A stretch of 64,000 nucleotides of DNA from an uncultured Actinomycetes bacterium. GTDB taxonomy: Bacteria; Actinomycetota; Acidimicrobiia; IMCC26256; PALSA-555. Positions within the stretch are counted from its first letter, which is position 1, and each line of letters starts with the position of its first letter. Shown piece after piece: positions 47,176 to 57,772 of the stretch. The DNA is taken from NCBI GenBank assembly GCA_963821325.1, contig CAWGDC010000001.1, positions 450,178 to 514,177 of the forward strand, read 5' to 3'. A model generated the notes under the pieces. It worked only from the letters and a program-made list of their open reading frames with translations. It did no database searches and had not been told where the DNA came from. Made by a program: the position numbers and the translations under genes.

Positions 47176-47736
47176 CTACGAGGTGAGCGCGCTGACGACG
47201 GCCTCGCTCGCCGGGTCGCGACCCACCATGAACTGGGTCGGCTGGCCGAGGCCCGGCGCCATGTTGGCCAGCATCTGGTTCGGCAGGTAGAGGACGAGGA
47301 CCTGGCGGTCAGCGGGCACGCCCTGGGCCGCGGCCGCGATGTCGATGCCCGTCTTGGCCTGGAAGCCCTGCCGGTCAAACGACTTCAGCACCTTCCCGAC
47401 ACTCAGGTCCTTGCCCTTCTTCGCCTTCGCTTCGATGGCGTGGATCTTCGTCGGCGTCACCGCGAGGACGAACATGCTCGGCAGCCCGCCGGTCCGCATC
47501 TCCCCAACGCCCCTCATGCTCTTCCCCATGAACTTGGTCATGCCCTTGCTGATCGACATGCTGGCGTTGGCCATCCCCTGCATGCCCTTGCCCATGCCGA
47601 CGGCGCCCACGGCCATGCCGACCTTGAGCTCCTCACAGCGCGTCGCGGCCTCGACCGGCTCGTCGAGGATGCCCCCGGCGGCGGCCTTCGCCTGCTCGTT
47701 CCACTTGAGCTCGTCCGGCGTCATCACATCAGCCAT
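47176..47736 (-). CDS. hypothetical protein with a Met/Gly/Lys-rich segment
   Basis: ORF 47176..47736 has a strong SD (AGGAGGCAACAGG upstream of the ATG). The segment VGMAVGAVGMGKGMQGMANASMSISKGMTKFMGKSMRGVGEM has 10 Met in 41 residues. The C-terminal half looks globular. No family was recognised. Confidence 0.65.
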   Translation of the reverse strand: MADVMTPDELKWNEQAKAAAGGILDEPVEAATRCEELKVGMAVGAVGMGKGMQGMANASMSISKGMTKFMGKSMRGVGEMRTGGLPSMFVLAVTPTKIHAIEAKAKKGKDLSVGKVLKSFDRQGFQAKTGIDIAAAAQGVPADRQVLVLYLPNQMLANMAPGLGQPTQFMVGRDPASEAVVSALTS

Positions 47737-47825
47737 TCCTGTTGCCTCCTGTCTGGGACCGGCACCCCGGTCCGCGTGGCGTCATCTTTGCCGCTTCGGC
47801 CCGCCGGGTCCTGAGTAGGCGGTAC

Positions 47826-48419
47826 TCAACCCCCGGGCGCGGCGAGGATCCCGCCGAGCAGCTCGGCCTGGACGAGGGCCCGCACACTGGCGGGGTCCTC
47901 GAGGTCCCAGCGTCCGGGGCTGCCCATGAGGGACAGGACCATCCGGGCGAGGTAGTCGGCGGCGGCGTCGACGTCGACGCCGGCCCGCAGGTGCCCGGCG
48001 GCGGCCTCCCCGGCGAGGAGGGGCCGCAGGTAGGTGGCGATGTAGCCGAGAACCCGGTCCTGCTCGAGGGTCATGAGGGGGAGCAGGGCGTCAGGTTCGG
48101 TGACGAGGATCTTCTGCAGCACGACGTGGTGCCGGACCGCCCGGTGGGCGAAGGTCAGTGCCGTCTCGAGGCGGGCCGCGAGGTCAGGGGCGTCGGCGAC
48201 GGCGTCGGCCAGGCGGGCGAAGAACCGGTTCATCTCCCAGCCGACCGTCTCGCGCAGCAGCTGGTCGCGACCGCCGGGGAAGAGCCGGTAGATGGTGGCC
48301 CGCGACACCCCCGAGACCTTGGCGACGTCGTCGACGGTGGTCTTGCCCATCCCGAAACGGGCGACGCAGTCGTAGGCGCCCGACAGGACCCGGGCGCGAG
48401 CGTCGCCGGCGGAGGCCAC
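47826..48419 (-). CDS. TetR/AcrR family transcriptional regulator
   Basis: ORF 47826..48419 has the HTH TVDDVAKVSGVSRATIYRLF. The GTG start abuts the dapB stop. Confidence 0.9.
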   Translation of the reverse strand: MASAGDARARVLSGAYDCVARFGMGKTTVDDVAKVSGVSRATIYRLFPGGRDQLLRETVGWEMNRFFARLADAVADAPDLAARLETALTFAHRAVRHHVVLQKILVTEPDALLPLMTLEQDRVLGYIATYLRPLLAGEAAAGHLRAGVDVDAAADYLARMVLSLMGSPGRWDLEDPASVRALVQAELLGGILAAPGG

Positions 48420-49211
48420 TCAGAGGCCGAGGAGCGCGTCGAGGCCGACGGTCAGACCGGGCCGGTCGGCGACGCGCTGCACGGCGAGGACGACGCCCGG
48501 CATGAACGACGCCCGGTCGTAGCTGTCGTGGCGGATCGACAGCGTCTGGCCGGTGGTGCCGAGCAGCACCTCCTGGTGGGCGACGAGGCCGCGCAGCCGC
48601 ACCGAGTGGATGCGGATGCCGGCGGGGCTCGCGCCGCCGCGGACCCCCTCGACGACGACCTGCTGGGTGGGGTCGGCACCCCAGTCGGGTGACGCCGCGG
48701 CCATGCGCTGGGCGGTGAGCAGCGCGGTCCCGGACGGCGCGTCGATCTTCTCGTCGTGGTGCAGCTCGATGATCTCCGCGGTGTCGAAGAGCGGGGCGGC
48801 GAGCTCCGCGAAGCGCATCATGAGCACCGCCCCGATCGAGAAGTTGGGGGCGATCACCGCGTTCGCGGCGGACGCGTCGAAGCGGCGGCGCAGGTCCTCG
48901 AGGTCGTCGGGGGTGAAGCCGGTGGTGCCGACGACGGCATGCACGTCGTGGTCGGCGCACCAGACCAGGTTGCCGCGCGCCGCGTCGAGGACGGTGAAGT
49001 CGACCGCGACCTGCGCGTCGGCGTCGGCGAGCGCGTCGGCCGAGCCGGCGACCTGCAAGCCCGTGTCCGCGACACCGAGCTGCTGCAGGTCGATCCCGGC
49101 GTGATATGGGTCGACCGCGGCGACGAGCTCGAGCGTCGGCTCGGCGACGACCGCGCTGCACACCGTGCGGCCCATGCGACCGCCGGCGCCGAACACCCCG
49201 ACCCTCGTCAC
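48420..49211 (-). CDS. dapB: 4-hydroxy-tetrahydrodipicolinate reductase
   Basis: ORF 48420..49211 contains VGVFGAGGRMGRTV (NAD fold) ...APNFSIGAVL...ELHHDEKIDAPSGTA... Confidence 0.93.
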   Translation of the reverse strand: MTRVGVFGAGGRMGRTVCSAVVAEPTLELVAAVDPYHAGIDLQQLGVADTGLQVAGSADALADADAQVAVDFTVLDAARGNLVWCADHDVHAVVGTTGFTPDDLEDLRRRFDASAANAVIAPNFSIGAVLMMRFAELAAPLFDTAEIIELHHDEKIDAPSGTALLTAQRMAAASPDWGADPTQQVVVEGVRGGASPAGIRIHSVRLRGLVAHQEVLLGTTGQTLSIRHDSYDRASFMPGVVLAVQRVADRPGLTVGLDALLGL

Positions 49212-49220
49212 GGCGTGAGG

Positions 49221-50476
49221 CTACGCCCGGGTGCCGAAGCGTTGCTCGGAGAACGGGCCGACGACGGCGAGGGTCCGCGGCCCGCCGGCCAACACCCGGT
49301 CCACGACCCGGGCGACGTCGACGACGGGTGACCGCGTCGATGTGGGCGACGACCTCGTCGAGGGTGGGCACGTCGCCGAGGGTGACCTCGTTGCGGCCGA
49401 GCCGGTGCATGCGCGCACCAGAGCTCTCGAGCGACAAGGCGAGCGAGCCGCGCAGGTGGCCGCGCGCCGCCTCGAGCTCACGGTCCGACACGCCGGCGTC
49501 GTCGACGACGCGGACGCAGCTCGACGTCGAGGACGTCGAGGAGCTCATCGACCCGGTCGGGTGCGGTGCCGGCGGACACGGCGAGGACCCCGGCGTCCTC
49601 GAGCGCGGCGCGGTACGAGTACACCGAGTAGGCGAGGCCGCGGCGTTCCCGCACCTCCTGGAACAGCCGGGACGACATGCCGCCCCCCAACGCCTGGTTC
49701 AGCACCATCAGCGCGTACCGGTCCGGGTCCTGGTGGGGCAGCGCCCGCATGCCGAGCACCAGGTGGGCCTGCTCGGTCGGCCGTTCGAGCACGGCGACGG
49801 GGCGGGGCGGCGGCTCGCCCGAGTAGGGCTCGCGTCGCGGGCGGTGCCCGTTCCCGGCGCCGAGGGCGGCCTCGACGAGCTCGACGACCCGGTCGTGCTC
49901 GAGGTTGCCGGCGGCCGCGACGACGACGTTGCTCGGGTGGTAGTGCTCCTCGTGGAACGCCGCGATCTCGTCGCGGGTCATGGCGGTGAGCGTCTCCAAC
50001 GACCCGATGACCTCGCGGCCGATCGGATGGTCGGGGAACACGGCGTCGGTGAACAGGTCCTGGACGAGGTCCTCGGGCTCGTCGTCGCGCAGGTGCAGCT
50101 CCTCGAGGATGACCTGACGCTCCGACTCGACGTCGGCGGGGCGCAACGCCGGCCGCCACACGATGTCGGAGAGGATCTCGACACCTCGGGCGAGACCCTC
50201 GTCGGGGACCCGCAGATAGAAGGTGGTGAGCTCCTGCGCCGTGAAGGCGTTCATGTCACCGCCCCCCGACTCGACGGCCTCGGCGATCGACGCCGCGTCG
50301 CGGTCGGCGGTGCCCTTGAACAGCAGGTGCTCGAGGAAGTGGCTGACCCCGGCCCGGGCTGCCGGCTCGTCGCGCGACCCTGTCCCGACCCAGAAGCCGA
50401 CCGCGACGGAGCGCAGGTGCGGCAGCGCCTCGGTGACGACGCGCAGGCCCGAGGCGAGCCGGGTCCGCCCGATCAT
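49221..50476 (-). CDS. M16 family (pitrilysin-like) zinc metallopeptidase; two frame disruptions as sequenced
   Basis: It runs from ATG 50474-50476 inside ORF 49478..50848: MIGRTRLASGLRVVTE...GVSHFLEHLLFKG (HxxEH). It continues VRVVDDAGVSDRELEAARGHL... in ORF 48184..49548, and the tail PVVDVARVVDRVLAGGPRTLAVVGPF... lies in ORF 49221..49481. Shifts lie near ~49519 and ~49329. Confidence 0.8.
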
Positions 50477-50519
50477 CTCGCCGGCATCGGCATCGGGTGC
50501 GGTCGGGTTGAGCAGCGGG

Positions 50520-53016
50520 TCAGCGGCGCCGACGCGGCCGGGACCGGCCCCGATCCCCGCCGCCCCCGCCGCCTCGGCTGGGGCCGCCGGTGCGGGCGGC
50601 CTCGGCCGGTCCGAGGTCCCCGAACTCGGCGCGGGCCTCGGATTCCCAGCGGTCCTCGAACGACGCGACGTCGCCGTCGCCCCGATCGCGGGCGGCGGTC
50701 CTCGGTCGCGGGCGCCGGTCCTCCCGATCGCGGGACGGCCGGTCCTCCCGATCGCGGGACGGCCGGTCGTCGCGGTCGCGGGCGGGACGCGGACGGGCGG
50801 GCCGGTCCTCGGACGGGTCGCCGCCGTCGCCGTCGCTGTCGTCGCCAACGAGGCTGAGCGAGAGCTTCCCGGCGTTGTCGATGTCGTCGACTTTGACCGT
50901 GACCTCGTCGCCGAGGTTCAAGACGTCCTCGACCCGGTCGATGCGCCGGCCGCGACCCAGCTTCGAGATGTGCAGCAGCCCGTCCTTGCCGGGCAGCACG
51001 TTCACGAACGCACCGAACTTGGTGATGTTCACCACCCGGCCGGTGTACTCGGCGCCGAGATCGGCGGTGGGGGGATCGAGGATCAGCGCGATGCGACGCT
51101 GCGCCTCCTCGACGGACGACGACTCCTTCGACCCGATCGTCACGGTGCCGACCGCCCCGTCGTCCTTCACCGACACGTCGGCGCCCGTCTCCTGGGTGAT
51201 GGTGTTGATCACCTTGCCCTTCGGGCCGATCACCTCGCCGATCTTGTCGATCGGGATCTCGAAGCTGATGATCTTCGGGGCGATGGGCTTCACGTCGTCG
51301 CGCGGCTCGCTGATCGCCCCGGTCATCGTGTCGAGGATCCGGAGGCGTGCCTCGTGCGCCTGGTGCAGCGCCTGGGCGAGCACGTCGGCGGGCAGCCCGT
51401 CGATCTTGGTGTCGAGCTGCAGCGCCGTCACCGAATCGCGGGTGCCGGCCACCTTGAAGTCCATGTCGCCGAAGGCGTCCTCGGCGCCGAGGATGTCGGT
51501 CAGGGTCGTGTACTTGCCGTCGGCGTACACGAGACCCATCGCGATGCCCGCGACGGCGTCCTTGATCGGCACGCCGGCGTCCATGAGCGACAGCGTCGAC
51601 CCGCACACCGACGCCATCGACGTCGAGCCGTTCGACGACAGCACGTCGGACACGACCCGGACGGTGTAGGGCCACTCCACCGCGTTCGGGATGACCGGGA
51701 CGAGCGCCCGCTCCGCGAGGGCCCCGTGGCCGATCTCGCGGCGCTTCGGGGACCCGACCCGGCCGGTCTCACCGGTCGAGAAGGGCGGGAAGTTGTAGTG
51801 GTGCATGTAGCGCTTGCGGTCCTCCACCCCGATGGTGTCGAGGATCTGCTCCATGCGGGGCATGCCGAGCGTCGTGACGGTCAGCACCTGGGTCTCGCCC
51901 CGCTGGAACAGGCCGGAGCCGTGCGCCGTGGGGATGAGCGCCACGGCGGCGGACAGCGGACGGATGTCGGTCGGGCCGCGGCCGTCGATGCGGACCCCGT
52001 CGGCCACGATGCGGGTGCGGACCACCTGCTTTTGCAGGGCCCGGAACGCCTTGCGGATCTGCCCGGGCCGGTCCGCGAACGGGGTGTCGGGCGCGCCCGC
52101 GAGGTCGGCCTCGATGGCGGACTCGATCTCGTCGAGGCGCTCGTTGCGGGCCGTCTTGTCGGCGATCGCCATCGCTTCGGCGGTCTCGGCGCGGACGGCG
52201 TCGGCGACGGCGTCGAACACGTCGACGTCGTAGTCGTGGCGTGGCTCGTAGGCGATCTCCTCGATCGGCCCGTTGCGCTCCTGCACACCGGCGACCAGCT
52301 GGAGCTGCAGGTCGATCGACGAGTTGATCCACTGCTTCGACCAGTCGAGGCCGTCCGCGATGACGTCCTCGGTGACCTTCGGGGCGCCCTGCTCGTAGAG
52401 CTCCCATGTGGCCTCGGTGCCACCGGCCTCGACCATCATGATGGCGACGTCGCCGTCGGCGAGGCGTCGGCCGGCGACGACCATCTCGAACGTCGAGTCG
52501 TCACCGTCCTGATAGGTGGGATGGGCGATCCACTCGCCGTTGCGGTGCGCGATCCGCACCGCGCCGATCGGCCCGTTGAACGGGATCCCGGACACCATCG
52601 AGCGCGGCGGACGCCCCGTTGATCGACGCGACGTCGTGGGGGTTCTCCAGGTCGGCGCCGAGGATGGTGGCGATGACCTGCACCTCGTTGCGGAACCCCT
52701 CGGGGAACGAGGGGCGCAGCGGCCGGTCGGTGAGCCGGCACGTCAGGACGGCCTGCTCCCCCGGTCGGCCCTCCCGTCGGAAGAACGAGCCGGGGATCTT
52801 CCCCGCGGCGTACATGCGCTCCTCGACGTCGACGGTGAGGGGGAAGAAGTCGATGCCCTCCCGCGGCTTGCTGGTGACCACCGTCGACAAGAGGGTGGTC
52901 TCGCCCAGCTGGACGACGACGGCGCCGTTGGCGAGCGGGGCGAGGCGGCCGGTCTCGAAGGACAGCGTCTTGCCGTCCGGCGTGACCGGTCCTGAGACTC
53001 GAATGGGTTCTGGCAC
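50520..53016 (-). CDS. pnp: polyribonucleotide nucleotidyltransferase (PNPase) with a long Arg/Asp/Glu/Pro-rich C-terminal tail; one frame disruption as sequenced
   Basis: The N-terminus is ORF 52501..53016 (...[16 protein letters not shown]...[29 protein letters not shown]...) and the rest is ORF 50520..52598 (second RNase PH domain, [20 protein letters not shown]1 [27 protein letters not shown]). One extra base lies at ~52599 (ASAAL/MVSGIPF junction). Confidence 0.93.
50697..50788. repeat. 24-nt tandem repeat inside the pnp 3' coding region
   Basis: GGTCCTCCCGATCGCGGGACGGCC occurs twice perfectly (50717-50740, 50741-50764), flanked by degenerate copies. On the minus strand it encodes [16 protein letters not shown]. 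Confidence 0.8.
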
Positions 53017-53133
53017 GGGAACGTGCTCCTCTCATGACTGACGGAGCGACGGTTCCCAGTGGTCAGGGTCCGGGTGAGGCGACCGCCAGGCGGCACCTCA
53101 GCCAGGCACTGGCGACTGACAACCGGCGCTCGG

Positions 53134-53391
53134 TTATCGACGCAGACCGAGCTTGGCGATGAGCGCCCGGTACCGCTCGACGTTGTTGCGTCGGAGGTAG
53201 TCGAGCAACCGACGACGGCGACCGACCATCGTGAGCAGACCACGGCGCGAGTGATGGTCCTTGGTGTGGACCTTCAGGTGCTCCGTCAGGTGGTTGATGC
53301 GCTCGGTCAGGAGCGCCACCTGCACCTCGGGCGAGCCGGTGTCGGTCTCGTGGAGGCGGTGGTCGGCGATGGTGGCAGTCGTGTCGGGCAT
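53134..53391 (-). CDS. rpsO: 30S ribosomal protein S15
   Basis: ORF 53134..53415 was trimmed to ATG 53389-53391: [53 protein letters not shown]... Confidence 0.93.
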   Translation of the reverse strand: MPDTTATIADHRLHETDTGSPEVQVALLTERINHLTEHLKVHTKDHHSRRGLLTMVGRRRRLLDYLRRNNVERYRALIAKLGLRR

Positions 53392-53604
53392 GCGTAGTTG
53401 GCCTGCGGCAGGCACACGCAGGTTACCAGAGATGCTGGCCGGTCCCCCCAGGCGGTGCTCGACGCGACGGGCGATCTCCTCGACCGTCGAGCGGTCCTTC
53501 GATCAGCCGCTGGCGCAGTACGAGGCGCCGCACCGGGTGATCTCCGAGCCGGGCGACTGCTCCCGGCCCCACCGTGACCGCGACCCGACGTGGCGCTCCC
53601 CGCG

Positions 53605-54565
53605 TCAGCGGCCGACGATGGCGCGGGTGGCCTCGACGTCGCGGCGCATCTGCGCGACGAGCGCGTCGACCGAGTCGAAGCGGTCCTCGCCGCGGAGGCG
53701 CTCGACGAAGCGGACCTGCACGGCCTGGTCGTAGAGGTCGCCGTCGAAGTCGAGCACGTGCACCTCGAGCATTGACCGGTCGGCGTCGGCGTAGAAGGTG
53801 GGGCGCCGCCCGACCGAGATGGCGCCGGCTCGTTCGATCCCGTCGGCGGCGACGAACGTGCCGGCGTAGATCCCGTCGGCGGGCAGGCAGGTGCGGTCGG
53901 GTGGGGTCACGTTCGCGGTCGGGAAGCTCAGGGTGCGGCCGCGGCCATCGCCGCGCACGACGATGCCGCGCACCTCGTAGGGGCGGGGCGGCCGGCCGAG
54001 CATCGCGGCCGCGGCGGCGACGCCCCCGTCGGCGAGGAGGCGGCGGATCTCGGTCGACGAGTAGGGAACGCCGCCGGGGTCCCCGACCACGGGGATGAGG
54101 CCGAGGCCGACGACCTCGAAGCCGAGCTCGGCGCCCATCTGCTCGAGGAGCCGCACGGTGCCGTGGCGTCGGTAGCCGAAGTGGAAGTCGGCGCCGACCA
54201 CGACGACGCTTGGCGGCCAGTCCGGCGACGAGCACCGTCTGGACGAACTCCTCGGCGGGCTCGTGGCTGCGCGCCTCGTCGAAGGTGAGCACGGCCGTGG
54301 TGTCGACGGTGCCGGTCGCGGCGAGCAGCGCGAGCTTCTGGTCCAGGGTGGTGAGCGTGCACGGCGCCGAGTCGGGCCGGACGACCTCGGCGGGATGCCG
54401 GTCGAACGTGAGGCACACCGCGGTGTGGCCCCGTGCCGTGGCGAGCTCGCGGACGAGGCGCAGCACCGCCTGATGGCCGAGGTGGACGCCGTCGTAGGCG
54501 CCGATCGTCACGACCGCGCCGTTCGGGGCCGGGTCGTAGCCCTCGAGGTCGGTGACGACTTGCAT
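53605..54565 (-). CDS. ribF: bifunctional riboflavin kinase / FMN adenylyltransferase; one frame disruption as sequenced
   Basis: The N-terminus starts at ATG 54563-54565 inside ORF 53423..54958 (VVTIGAYDGVHLGHQAV...). The C-terminus is ORF 53605..54201 (VGADFHFGY...RGDGRGRTLSFPTANV...). One extra base lies near ~54207. Confidence 0.9.
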
Positions 54566-55457
54566 CAGGGGGCCGCGTCCGGGGTCGCGACGACGACCGT
54601 CGGCTTGTACCCGGCGTGGCGTCGCTCGTAGACGGCGAGGAGCTCCCCGTCGGGGCCGACGAACGCGAACGGGCCCGGGCCGGTCGGGGTCGGCAGCGAC
54701 GAGCAGGGGAACGTCATGCCGTGGCGCACCCCGCGGGCCTGCTCGATGTCGACGTCGACCCGTTCGAGGTCGCGCACCGCGACCGTCGGGGCCAGGACCG
54801 CGGCGTCGGGGTCGCGCTCCACTGCGGGGAGGGTGCGGGCCTCGGTGAGGTCGAACGACCCGACCGAGAGGCGTCGCAGGGCGTCGAGGTGGGCGCAGCC
54901 GCCGAGCGCCGCGCCGAGGTCGGCGGCGAGGGACCGCACGTAGGTGCCGGCGCCGCACTCGACGACGATCGTCGCCACCGGGTACGGGCCGGGCAGGAAG
55001 GCGTCGACGTCGAGGCGCTCGATGTGCACGGCGCGGGGGCGCGCTCGACCTCCTCGCCGCGGCGGGCCAGGTCGTGGAGCCGGCGGCCGCCGACGCGCAG
55101 CGCGCTCACCATCGGCGGGACCTGCTGGATGTCGCCCACGAAGCGGACCGTGGCGGCGTCGACCTGCTCGCGGGTGACGGGCAGGGGCCGGCGGTCGAGG
55201 ACGGCGCCGGACGCGTCGAGGGTGCTCGTCGCGACGCCGAACCGGACGTCGCCCCGGTAGACCTTCGGGCGGTCCTGGAGGTAGCGCAGCAGCCGGGTGA
55301 CCCGGCCGAGCCCGACGAGGAGCACCCCGGTCGCGTCGGGGTCGAGGGTGCCGGCGTGCCCGACGCGGCGTTGGCCGTAGACGCGCCGCAGCCGGGCCAC
55401 GACGTCGTGGGAGGTGCAGCCCGCGGGCTTGTCGACCACCACGAGGCCGTCGCGCAT
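54565..55457 (-). CDS. truB: tRNA pseudouridine(55) synthase TruB; one frame disruption as sequenced
   Basis: The N-terminus is ORF 54714..55457 (VVVDKPAGCTSHDVV...GHAGTLDPDATGVLLVG...) and the C-terminus is ORF 54565..55029 (HIERLDV...CGAGTYVRSLAADLG...). One base appears to be missing in a C5/G5 run near ~55037. Confidence 0.9.
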
Positions 55458-55467
55458 GGCGCGCGGC

Positions 55468-56427
55468 TCAGAGCGCGGCGCGGATGGCCGCGACGGTGGC
55501 CGGGATGTCGTCGTGGGACGTGAACCCGGCGGCGTAGCGGTGGCCGCCGCCCCCGTGCGCCTCGGCGATCCGGCGCACGTCGACCGCGCCGAGGGAGCGC
55601 AGGCTCACCCGCACCGTGCCGTCGGCCTCCTGTTTCAAGACGCAGGTCACCTCGGCTTCGGCGGTGCGGCGCAGGATGTCGATGAGGCCCTCGACCTCCT
55701 CGAGGGTGACGTCGTGGCGGGCCAGCATCGACTGGGTGACCGCGGTCCACACGAAGTGCTGGTCGTGGACGAGCTCGGCGTCGGCGAGCGCCTCGCCCAG
55801 GAGCCGCAGGTACGCGAAGCGGTGCTCCTCGAAGAGGGAGCGGGAGAGGCGGGCGACGGGCACGTCGAACTCGGTGAGCCGTCGGGCGAGGTCGAACACC
55901 TCGGGGGTGGTCGTGTCGTACTGGAAGCGGCCGGTGTCGCAGACGATCGCCGCGTAGAGGCACACCGCGGCGTCGCGGTTCAACGGCAGCCCGAGGGTGT
56001 CGACGAGGCGCTGCACCACCCAGCCGCTCGCGGCGGCGTCCGGCTCGATCACGTTGATGGTGCCGTACCGGTCGTTCGAGATGTGATGGTCGATGACGAT
56101 GAGCTCGGCGGCGGCGGACGCGGCGGGGGCGAGGCCGCCGAGGCGGTCGAGGGACCCGCAGTCGAAGGTGAGCATCACCTCGGGCGCCGCGGGAAAGTCC
56201 TCGGGCTTGGTGAGCAGGTCGAGGCCGGGCAGCTCCCGGTAGTGGGGCGCGACGATGAACGGCGGCGGGAACGTGGCCACCACGTCGCGGCCCGCGGCGC
56301 GCAGGACGTGGAACAGGCCGAGCATCGAGCCGAGCGCGTCCCCGTCGGGGTTCACGTGGCAGGCCAGGCTGATCTGGTCGGCGGTGCGCAGCACCGCGGC
56401 CGCGCGTGCGAGCTCGACGTCGCTCAC
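55468..56427 (-). CDS. nrnA: DHH-family phosphoesterase, NrnA-like bifunctional oligoribonuclease / pAp phosphatase
   Basis: This is the tail of ORF 55468..56808 from GTG 56425-56427: ...ISLACHVNPDGDALGS...LIVIDHHISN...IVCDTGRFQY...GGGHRYAAGF. Confidence 0.85.
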   Translation of the reverse strand: MSDVELARAAAVLRTADQISLACHVNPDGDALGSMLGLFHVLRAAGRDVVATFPPPFIVAPHYRELPGLDLLTKPEDFPAAPEVMLTFDCGSLDRLGGLAPAASAAAELIVIDHHISNDRYGTINVIEPDAAASGWVVQRLVDTLGLPLNRDAAVCLYAAIVCDTGRFQYDTTTPEVFDLARRLTEFDVPVARLSRSLFEEHRFAYLRLLGEALADAELVHDQHFVWTAVTQSMLARHDVTLEEVEGLIDILRRTAEAEVTCVLKQEADGTVRVSLRSLGAVDVRRIAEAHGGGGHRYAAGFTSHDDIPATVAAIRAAL

Positions 56428-56808
56428 GCTGTGTCCTCCCCGCCGCTCCGGTCCGCCCGGTGCAGCCCCCGCAGGATCTCCTCGACCCGTTGACCCCGCT
56501 CGATGGCCGGGTCCTCCCGGAAGTGCAACTTGGGAAGGTACTTCAGGCGGACCTCGCGGCCCAGCACGGCCCGCAGGTGCGGGGCGGCGGAGCGCAGCGC
56601 CTGCGCGGTGGCGTCGTCGTGGCGGCCGAGCGCCGCGTAGAAGACGGTGGCCTGGCGCAGGTCGGGGCTGACCTCGACGCCGGTCACGGTGACCATCGTC
56701 GAGACGCGGGTCGGAGAGGCGCTCGAGCTCGTCGGCGAGGGACTCGCGGACGACCTCGTTGACGCGCAGGGTGCGGGCGAAGCGGCGGCGGGGTCGGGGG
56801 GGCGGCAT
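56424..56808 (-). CDS. rbfA: ribosome-binding factor A; one frame disruption as sequenced
   Basis: The N-terminus is the head of ORF 55468..56808 (MPPPRPRRRFARTLRVNEVVRESLADELERLSDPRL). The rest is the tail of ORF 56424..57365 (MVTVTGVEVSPDLRQATVFYAALG...LKYLPKLHFREDPAIERGQRVEEIL). One extra base lies near ~56700. Confidence 0.85.
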
Positions 56809-56809
56809 C

Positions 56810-57124
56810 TCACCAGGCGCCCAGGCCGCCGTCGGGTTCGACCAGCTCGGCCCGCTCGACCCCGAGGACCTCGACGCCTGCGGCCCGGTGCACGAAGCGC
56901 TCCACGGTGTCGAGGACCTCGTCGAGGCGGCCGGGGCTGTCGGCCACCGCGGCGACGCCGAGCGCGGCGCGCTGCCACGTGTTCTGGTGGTCGACCTCGG
57001 CGACCGACACGTGGAGCCGGTGCCGCAGCCCGTCCACGATCGGACGCACGGCCGCCCGCTTGGTCTTCAGGGACTGGCTGTCGGGGATCCACAGCTCGAA
57101 GCGCAACGCGGCCGCCTGCATCAT
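56810..57124 (-). CDS. DUF503 domain protein (YlxP-like), typical infB-rbfA neighbour
   Basis: ORF 56810..57124 contains MMQAAALRFELWIPDSQSLKTKRAAVRPIVDGLRHRLHVSVAEVDHQNTWQRAALGVAAV... Confidence 0.85.
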   Translation of the reverse strand: MMQAAALRFELWIPDSQSLKTKRAAVRPIVDGLRHRLHVSVAEVDHQNTWQRAALGVAAVADSPGRLDEVLDTVERFVHRAAGVEVLGVERAELVEPDGGLGAW

Positions 57125-57153
57125 CTCTATTGTGCCGGGCTACCGTCGCCTCG

Positions 57154-57651
57154 ATGCACCGCGTCCTCGCGGCGGCCACGGCCCTCGCCGCCCTCACCGG
57201 GCTCCTGGTCCTCGGCCCGTGGATAGCGCAGGCCGGCGCCCGCGACGCCGACGGGAGCGCCAATCCGGCCACCGACGTGTGCGAGCCCATGGTCGGCAAC
57301 GCCATCGTCGAGTTCCTCGGCGGGCCGCTGCCCGCGGCCCAGCACGGGGCGTGGGCCGGCCGCACCTACACCTGCGTGTACCCGCTCCGCGGCGGGCAGC
57401 TCGTCCTCACCGTCGACCAGCTGCGCAGCACGGCCGCCGCGACGACGGCGTACAACCGTCTCGCGAAGGCCGTCCGGGGCCGAACCCGCCTGAACGGGCT
57501 CGGCAACGCCGCCTACCAGGCCCCGAACGGGACGCTGGTGGCCCGCAAGGACCAGTTCGTGCTCGACGTCGACCCCACCGGCGCCCCGCCGTCCGTCCGG
57601 CCCGCGGACCTCGCCTTCGCCGTCGTCGTCGCCGTCATGGGCTGCTGGTGA
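57154..57651 (+). CDS. secreted hypothetical protein
   Basis: This is the tail of ORF 56647..57651 from ATG 57154. It has a signal-like MHRVLAAATALAALTGLLVLGPWIAQAGA followed by ~135 residues of normal composition. No family was recognised. Confidence 0.55.
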   Translation: MHRVLAAATALAALTGLLVLGPWIAQAGARDADGSANPATDVCEPMVGNAIVEFLGGPLPAAQHGAWAGRTYTCVYPLRGGQLVLTVDQLRSTAAATTAYNRLAKAVRGRTRLNGLGNAAYQAPNGTLVARKDQFVLDVDPTGAPPSVRPADLAFAVVVAVMGCW

Positions 57652-57772
57652 CCGGCGGCCAGCGGGTGGAGCGGGAAGGCCGGCTCGGGCGCGTCCGCGG
57701 CACGATCCGCCCGCTCATCGCGCGGGGACGGCCCGGCGGGCGTCGGCCGCGTGCGAGTCCGCGCCCCCACGA

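Noticed and set aside
50697-50788. CRISPR-like or VNTR-like non-coding repeat
   Set aside because: These are direct 24-nt repeats with no spacers, lying entirely inside the pnp reading frame and encoding DRPSRDRE units. The 51-nt duplication at ~61384-61485 in infB is likewise a coding repeat.
50223-52622. 799-codon plus-strand ORF
   Set aside because: It is antisense to pnp and the M16 peptidase gene. It is Arg/Gly/Asp/Val-rich and has no motifs.
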